Shown: one piece after another, positions 58,649 to 64,000 of the stretch
Layout: each line of letters starts with the position of its first letter
Numbering within the stretch: the first letter of the stretch is position 1
Made by a program: the position numbers and the translations under genes
The notes under the pieces: generated by a model
Databases searched by the model: none
What the model was told of the DNA's origin: nothing
The model's input: only the letters and a program-made list of their open reading frames with translations
Assembly: GCA_964016885.1 (NCBI GenBank)
Contig: OZ024753.1
Coordinates: 36,952,001 to 37,016,000 of the forward strand
Source: Eledone cirrhosa
Lineage: Eukaryota
Direction: 5' to 3'
DNA: 64,000 nucleotides

Positions 58649-61600
58649 GTGTGTGTGTCATCATCATCATCATCGTTTAACGTCCATGTTCCACGCTTGC
58701 ATGGGTTTGGACGGGAGTTTTCCCACTTGAGGCAAGAGTGGTTGTCTTGCTCGCATAGGACTGTCTGGTGGGTTTTCTACAGTTGGATGCCCTTCCTAAC
58801 ACCAACCACATTTACAGTGTGGGACTGGGAGGTTTTTACCATGTTGCCTACACGGCCACATTTACAGCGTGGACTGTGTGTTTTTTTGTCGTGACACCTA
58901 CACGATCTCATTTGTTTCGGCCTGGATGTTGTGGGACCAACATAACTTTATGTGTGTATGTGATTCAATAAGTATAATAATGTTTTTCTTGTTTTGTTTT
59001 AGTGGTACTTGACAACTACGGCCGCAGTAAAGGCTACGGGTTTGTTCGATTTACCGATGAAAGTGAACAGCAGAAGGCAATGTTTGAGATGCAACATGTC
59101 TCCATTGGTCGGAGACCAATCAGAGTTAGTTTAGCCACACCTAAAAGGTATGTTTCAACTGTCTATACACATCGTTATCATCATCATCAATTTACGTCCG
59201 CTTTTCCCCGCTTGCAAGGGTGGGACGGATCCTGTTCAGCGCAGCATCTCTCCACTTGTCATGGTCCTTCGTCATCTCCTCCATGAGCTTTAGCGATCTG
59301 AGGTCTGCTCTCACCACCTCCGCCCATGTTTTTTGTGGTCTTCCTCTACTGGGAATGAGTAGATATGTCATTAATGATGTAAAAAGGATGATGATGATGA
59401 TAACTTTAGTGATTGTAATTGAAATGAAAATTAAGGAAATATGTCTCTATTAAAAGTAAAATATTACTTCATGTTAATATAAAGAATGGTGTTCTCAAGA
59501 ACAGAGATGCTATAAAATAGCTTATAATTCATCTAATTTCTGTATATCATCATCTTCATCATTTAACGTCCTCTTTCCCTGTTAGTAAAAGTTGAACGGG
59601 TTTACGTTGACCAAGTCAGTACTGAAGTAGGGCTACTCTCCTCCCAGACAAGCTGAAGGGTCTGTATCCTGCCTAACATAAGTCATATTAAGTGTAGAGA
59701 TGATGTCTTTTGACACAAACTAAAAGGTCCTCTTAGCCCCTTGTTTGGCAAGCTTTCTACAGCTGGGTGGCCTGCCTAATACCAACCACTTTACAGGGTG
59801 TACTGGGTGCTTTTATTGTGTATATCACCAGCACTAGGAAGGTTGTCATGTCCTTGACACAACTAAAGGGTCTTCCCAACCCTATGTTTGGTAAGCTTTC
59901 TGGCTGGATGTCCTCACTATCACCAATCACTTAACAACATGTATATATTATATTAATTTATGTAATTTCTGTATTCTTCTCTCAGACCTCCTCCACCAGA
60001 CGTTCCTGGTACACAGAGTGCTCAACAGTACAGCCAGTATTACCAACAGTACCAACAATATCAGTATTACCAAAGCTGGTCAGCCTATTCACAGTATTAC
60101 AGTCAGTTCGGATACCCATATGCTGGAGGTTACACCACTGACCACGTACAAGTAAGTCACACATCTTACTTCTTCATGTAACAACCATAAGGTTGTGGGT
60201 TTCATTCAAGGACATTTTAGCATGTTGTTCTTGAAGCAAGATGCTTCATTTCACATTGAGGCTTATCATGATCAGATTAGGGCCCCCCAACCAAACTCAG
60301 TTTATAACAACCTGTCAAATCCATGTCAGAATGGAAAGTAGACCTACAATGATGGGGATGATGATGATGGTTATTGTCAGAATTGTTAGAGCTGACAAAA
60401 TATTGTCATTATCATAGGGTGGTGGATTTAACCAACTTCCCCCTTCCCTTCAAATTGCTGGCCTGGTGACAAATGTAGAAACAATGATCATTATCGTAAT
60501 CATCTTTATGGTCTGAGTTCAAATCCCGTTGAGGTTGACTTTGCCTTTCATCCTTACGGGGTCGATAAAATAAAGTACCAGTAATGTACTGGGTAATTGC
60601 TGGCCATGTGCCAAAAGTAGAAACAATTATCATAATCATCTTCATTATCATCATCAACATTATCATTACAATTGTTTTAAACCAAAGTTAACATCAGTAA
60701 TATTTTCTTCACTAGGACTATTATGATCAAGGCACAGATGAAGAGATGGAGATGTTAGAAGGTTATTATTATTATTTTATCTTTAATATTTTTTTAACAT
60801 TCAGTAATTATTTTATTCTACAAAGCAGTTTATACAAAAGCAAATCACATTATTAACTCTTTAGCATTTACATTACTCTATATTTACTATTGTATTTTTG
60901 TGGTAAAGGCTTTACCTCACATAATATTGAATCTATGAGATTTTGATATTATTTACTTTGAGAACAATACCTTAACACTAGCTTGAGTGGCCAGTTACAG
61001 CTGGATTGAACAGAAAGAGGTGAGGGAATTTTGGCTGGATACAACCAGTTTAAATGTTAAAGGGAAGAAAAAGAAAAAGAATTAAGCAATAAAAGAAAGG
61101 GAGATGTGAAAGGACAGTCCCTACATCTCTGTCTGAACGGTGTTTCAGCTGTGCCCCTCAAACCAAAATGGCAAAGGCATTACTGCAAAGAATGCTCAGA
61201 GACACCTGCTGTTGTAGCAGCCACCCCACCTAACAAGGCTCCTTATTTTATCTTTAATATTTTTAATGAAATACACTTTCTATGTTTTAATTATTTTGAA
61301 AATAATCATGAATTTGTGGGGGATTTAGTAAAAAAAAAATATATAATAAACAGTTTCATTTATTTTTATATCAAGCTGATGTTTAAAATATAATGTATTA
61401 GACAAAATGTATTTTTACATAGGATTTTGAGTGAAGATTTTAACTTTAAATATGAACACTTTAAAAGAGACAGTTCTGGATCCTAAAACCAGGGCAGTCT
61501 CAGGAGTGTTAATGTATGGTCATTGTTCATTGTTTTATTTACCATTTGTTTGTTTTGTTTTGTTTTACCTCAAACTGAAATTTTAGGGTGACTTTAGCAG

Positions 61601-62859
61601 TCAGCTTATCCAATTTAGTCCAGGGCCTTCTCACTCTTTTTTTAAATATTTTTTATTTAGATCCTATACTTGAAATCGATGTTGAAAAAGTCAATGGGGA
61701 ATTCATTGAACAGAGTGAAGTAAATAAAGATTTTTCTATCTATATGTATATACATACATACATTTTTTTTTTTTTTTTTGCTGCAAACTCTGCTAAGAGT
61801 ATTGCAATCGCTTGTCAGGTTACAGAAAATGGTGGACTTTTAGGCTACAGCCAGTCACACTAACCTGTAACATATCCTGAACAAGCAATGCCTGTGCTTT
61901 GAAGGTTTTTTAAGTGGGGAAAGGCCCTGCACTCGACCAATCCCACTCTCTGAGCATCGAAAACACCACCCGAAAAGGAGAACTGGTCAACATCATCGGA
62001 TGCTTCCGAAGCCGCAGGGTTTTCTTTTCAGAGTTGCCCTCTCTTAGAAAGGTGTTGTGACAACAACTTGGGGGCTTTTCACTACCAGGTTTTAAAAAAA
62101 AAAAAAAAGTACTATTTGGATGGCCGTTGACTCTGCTGAGTTCCTCCGCCTTTTGGTTGTGTCATCGGCAACTAAACCGGCAACCCGACCAAGCTTGCTT
62201 GGTGAGGAGGGTGATACTTGGACACCCTCATCATCATCTTCATCATCACTTTACGTCCGCTTTTCCCTGCTTGCAAGGGTGGGACGGGAACTGATTCTGG
62301 TTTGATTTCTACAGCTGGATGCCCTTCCTAACACCAACCTCATTTACAGTGAGTGCTGGGTGCTTTTTTGCCGTGGCACCTCCACGACCACTTTGCAGTG
62401 GAATGATAGAGACCCCAGTCCCTATCATCTCATTCCTACAGCTGAGTAAACTGGAGCAATGTGAAATAAAGTGTCTTGCTCAAGGAAACAACACATCACC
62501 CGGTCTGAGAATTGAACTCACAACCTTTCCATTGCAAGGCCAATGCTCTAACCACTAAGCCATGTGCCTCCCTGCGGGATGAAATACAAGACATACATAC
62601 ATACATGAAGTATTTATTCATAAATGGGCTGAGAATCTGTTGAAATTGACTTTCTATTGTATAATCTTTAATTTCTTTTCAGGAAATATTTGAAGCCCTG
62701 GATGATTCCCGTTGGCAGCCAATAGATAATGTAATGACAACACTGAGTCAGGCTGCTACTGCTGTTCTTTCTACATCACCTCCTTCCCCTACAGCTGATG
62801 GTACTACAACTACTACTACTACTACTATTACTGCTGTTGCTGCTCCGATTGTAGCCTGA
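53836..62859 (+). CDS. TRNAU1AP: tRNA selenocysteine 1-associated protein 1 (SECp43); 10 exons, 987 nt, 328 aa
   Basis: Exons: 53836-53874, 55024-55121, 55582-55681, 56052-56104, 57119-57222, 59003-59147, 59986-60151, 60716-60761, 61661-61719, 62683-62859. All GT-AG with matching phases. Two RRMs ([37 protein letters not shown]), a Tyr/Gln-rich region and the C-terminal [21 protein letters not shown]. Confidence 0.94.
55024..55121 (+). CDS. TRNAU1AP: TRNAU1AP exon 2
   Basis: [33 protein letters not shown]. Confidence 0.93.
55582..55681 (+). CDS. TRNAU1AP: TRNAU1AP exon 3
   Basis: [33 protein letters not shown]. Confidence 0.93.
56052..56104 (+). CDS. TRNAU1AP: TRNAU1AP exon 4
   Basis: [17 protein letters not shown](T). 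Confidence 0.92.
56658..56990 (+). mobile_element. tRNA-derived SINE copy (TRNAU1AP intron 4)
   Basis: Same family as 24123-24459. Confidence 0.85.
57119..57222 (+). CDS. TRNAU1AP: TRNAU1AP exon 5
   Basis: [34 protein letters not shown]. Confidence 0.93.
57290..57697 (+). mobile_element. RTE LINE 3'-end copy
   Basis: Matches ~8390-8869 of the RTE, including the (GAT)n tail. An inverted copy lies at 58659-58945. Confidence 0.8.
57759..58613 (+). mobile_element. Non-coding partial-tandem element (689-bp period, 166-bp direct repeats) carrying a hammerhead; retrozyme or non-autonomous PLE candidate
   Basis: Direct repeats 57759-57924 and 58448-58613 differ at 2 visible positions; hammerhead at 58244-58323; ends in (TA)n. 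Confidence 0.72.
58244..58323 (+). ncRNA. Type I hammerhead ribozyme fold with palindromic stem III
   Basis: TGTCTC-CTGATGA-TTCCT...AGGAA-GAAA-CCATGG-TA-GAGATA. Confidence 0.8.
59003..59147 (+). CDS. TRNAU1AP: TRNAU1AP exon 6
   Basis: [47 protein letters not shown]. Confidence 0.94.
59986..60151 (+). CDS. TRNAU1AP: TRNAU1AP exon 7
   Basis: [31 protein letters not shown]... (Tyr/Gln-rich). Confidence 0.9.
60716..60761 (+). CDS. TRNAU1AP: TRNAU1AP exon 8
   Basis: [15 protein letters not shown]; needed to reconcile phases. Confidence 0.82.
61661..61719 (+). CDS. TRNAU1AP: TRNAU1AP exon 9
   Basis: [20 protein letters not shown]. Confidence 0.9.
62228..62571 (-). mobile_element. tRNA-derived SINE copy (TRNAU1AP intron 9)
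   Basis: Reverse complement of the 56658-56990 family. Confidence 0.85.
62683..62859 (+). CDS. TRNAU1AP: TRNAU1AP exon 10 (stop TGA)
   Basis: [15 protein letters not shown]... with a Thr-rich tail. Confidence 0.9.
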   Translation, partial: EIFEALDDSRWQPIDNVMTTLSQAATAVLSTSPPSPTADGTTTTTTTTITAVAAPIVA

Positions 62860-63300
62860 AGAATGAAGCAAGATTTCTTGTTTTTTAAGATGACCTATCT
62901 CTTCAACAGTGTTTGAGGAAGCATTTCCTCTCATCCATAAAGACCAATGTTTGACCATTGTCTGGGGAATGAACCAGCCTGAAGAATGAAGCAAATCTTC
63001 TCTTTTAAAGTGACCAGTGTCTTGAATATTGTCTGAAGAATGAAAAAAATTTCCTCCTCTGACTACAGCTTGAAGAATGAAGCAAATCTTCTCTTTTAAA
63101 GTGACCAGTGTCTGATTATTGCTTGAGGAATGAAGCACATTTCTTCTCTTCTAAAGTGACCAGTGTTCTAAATATTGCCTGAGGAATAAGGCAAATTTCC
63201 CCTCTTCTAAAGTGACCAGTATCCAAACTTTGCCCGAGCAGTAAACCAGATTTACCCCATCCACCCTTTAAAATGACCAGTGTCTGACTATTGCCCAAGT
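62854..63300 (+). repeat. Degenerate ~55-bp tandem repeat in the TRNAU1AP 3' UTR
   Basis: Recurring GCCTGAAGAATGAAGCAAATCTTCTCTTTTAAAGTGACCAGTGTC, about 7-8 partial copies. Confidence 0.75.
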
Positions 63301-64000
63301 AACCTGTGCTAACTATTGCCTTATGAAAGCAAAGAGGTTTGGTCTCTCTTCTAAATTCACCAGTTATCTCTTTTAAGCTGGAAGACAAAGAAAGTAACTT
63401 AAGAACCTAAATAATAGCTGAAATTGTGACTATGTTAAGTTATGCTCCAAACATCAGATGAGAAAATGTTATATTATTAAACCCCTCAAGATTATTTGAA
63501 AATTATTGTTGCCTTTCATTATGGTAACGAACAGGAGAAAGTTGATTCTCCATCTACAAGTTAGAAAGATATTTAAGGTTCATGTATCAAAAGACTCAAT
63601 AAGGAATTGAAATGACATGGCAGCCTCTATGCGGTCACTTGACCTGCTAGAAATTGCCAAATCTCCCTCAAATTACACTCTACTGTCTTAAAAAGAGAAG
63701 GCCACATTGATGCAATATACCTGTAAGAAAAAAAAATTAAAAAATAAATGGCAAAGTTGACATTTGTGGGTTTTGAACTCTGAATGCACAGAATTGGAAC
63801 AGATACTGCCAGGCTTCCTGACCAACACTACTCATTCCTCCAAACCTCAGCAAGTTCAGTACAAAAGCTTCCACACCAAAGAAGACCACACTAAACTAAA
63901 CACATGAAATCCTTTATCTCCGTAACTGGGATACCTTGGAACTTCTTCCTGGCATGTTATGCTCACCCTTGCCTCTACCCTCATCAAAGCTTGAAGGTGC

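Noticed and set aside
62857-62859. TGA as selenocysteine in TRNAU1AP
   Set aside because: It follows the conserved C-terminus and a low-complexity tail, no SECIS was recognised, and SECp43 is not a known selenoprotein.

Overview
AT-rich, microsatellite-dense animal genomic DNA. The SINE/LINE content suggests a coleoid cephalopod (Octopus-like); this is inferred, not verified. Three host genes were assembled by hand with consistent splice phases: a 14-coding-exon CBWD/ZNG1 zinc metallochaperone GTPase (minus, 39498->5311, 362 aa), an intronless ZDHHC16-type palmitoyltransferase (minus, 50018->48870) and a 10-exon TRNAU1AP/SECp43 (plus, 53836->62859, 328 aa). Mobile DNA includes a CR1-group LINE with intact ORF2, a 5'-truncated RTE LINE, a CRE-like RLE fragment with an internal 80-bp array, two SINE families, MITEs and a mariner remnant. 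The most notable unannotated signal is seven minimal type I hammerhead ribozyme folds, plus several half-ribozymes inside long palindromes, in short inserts mostly bounded by (TA)n runs. Four cluster within 2.1 kb of one CBWD intron, one lies in a 689-bp partial-tandem retrozyme-like unit, and six of the seven are sense to the host pre-mRNA. Most short ORFs in the supplied track are microsatellite or SINE artefacts.
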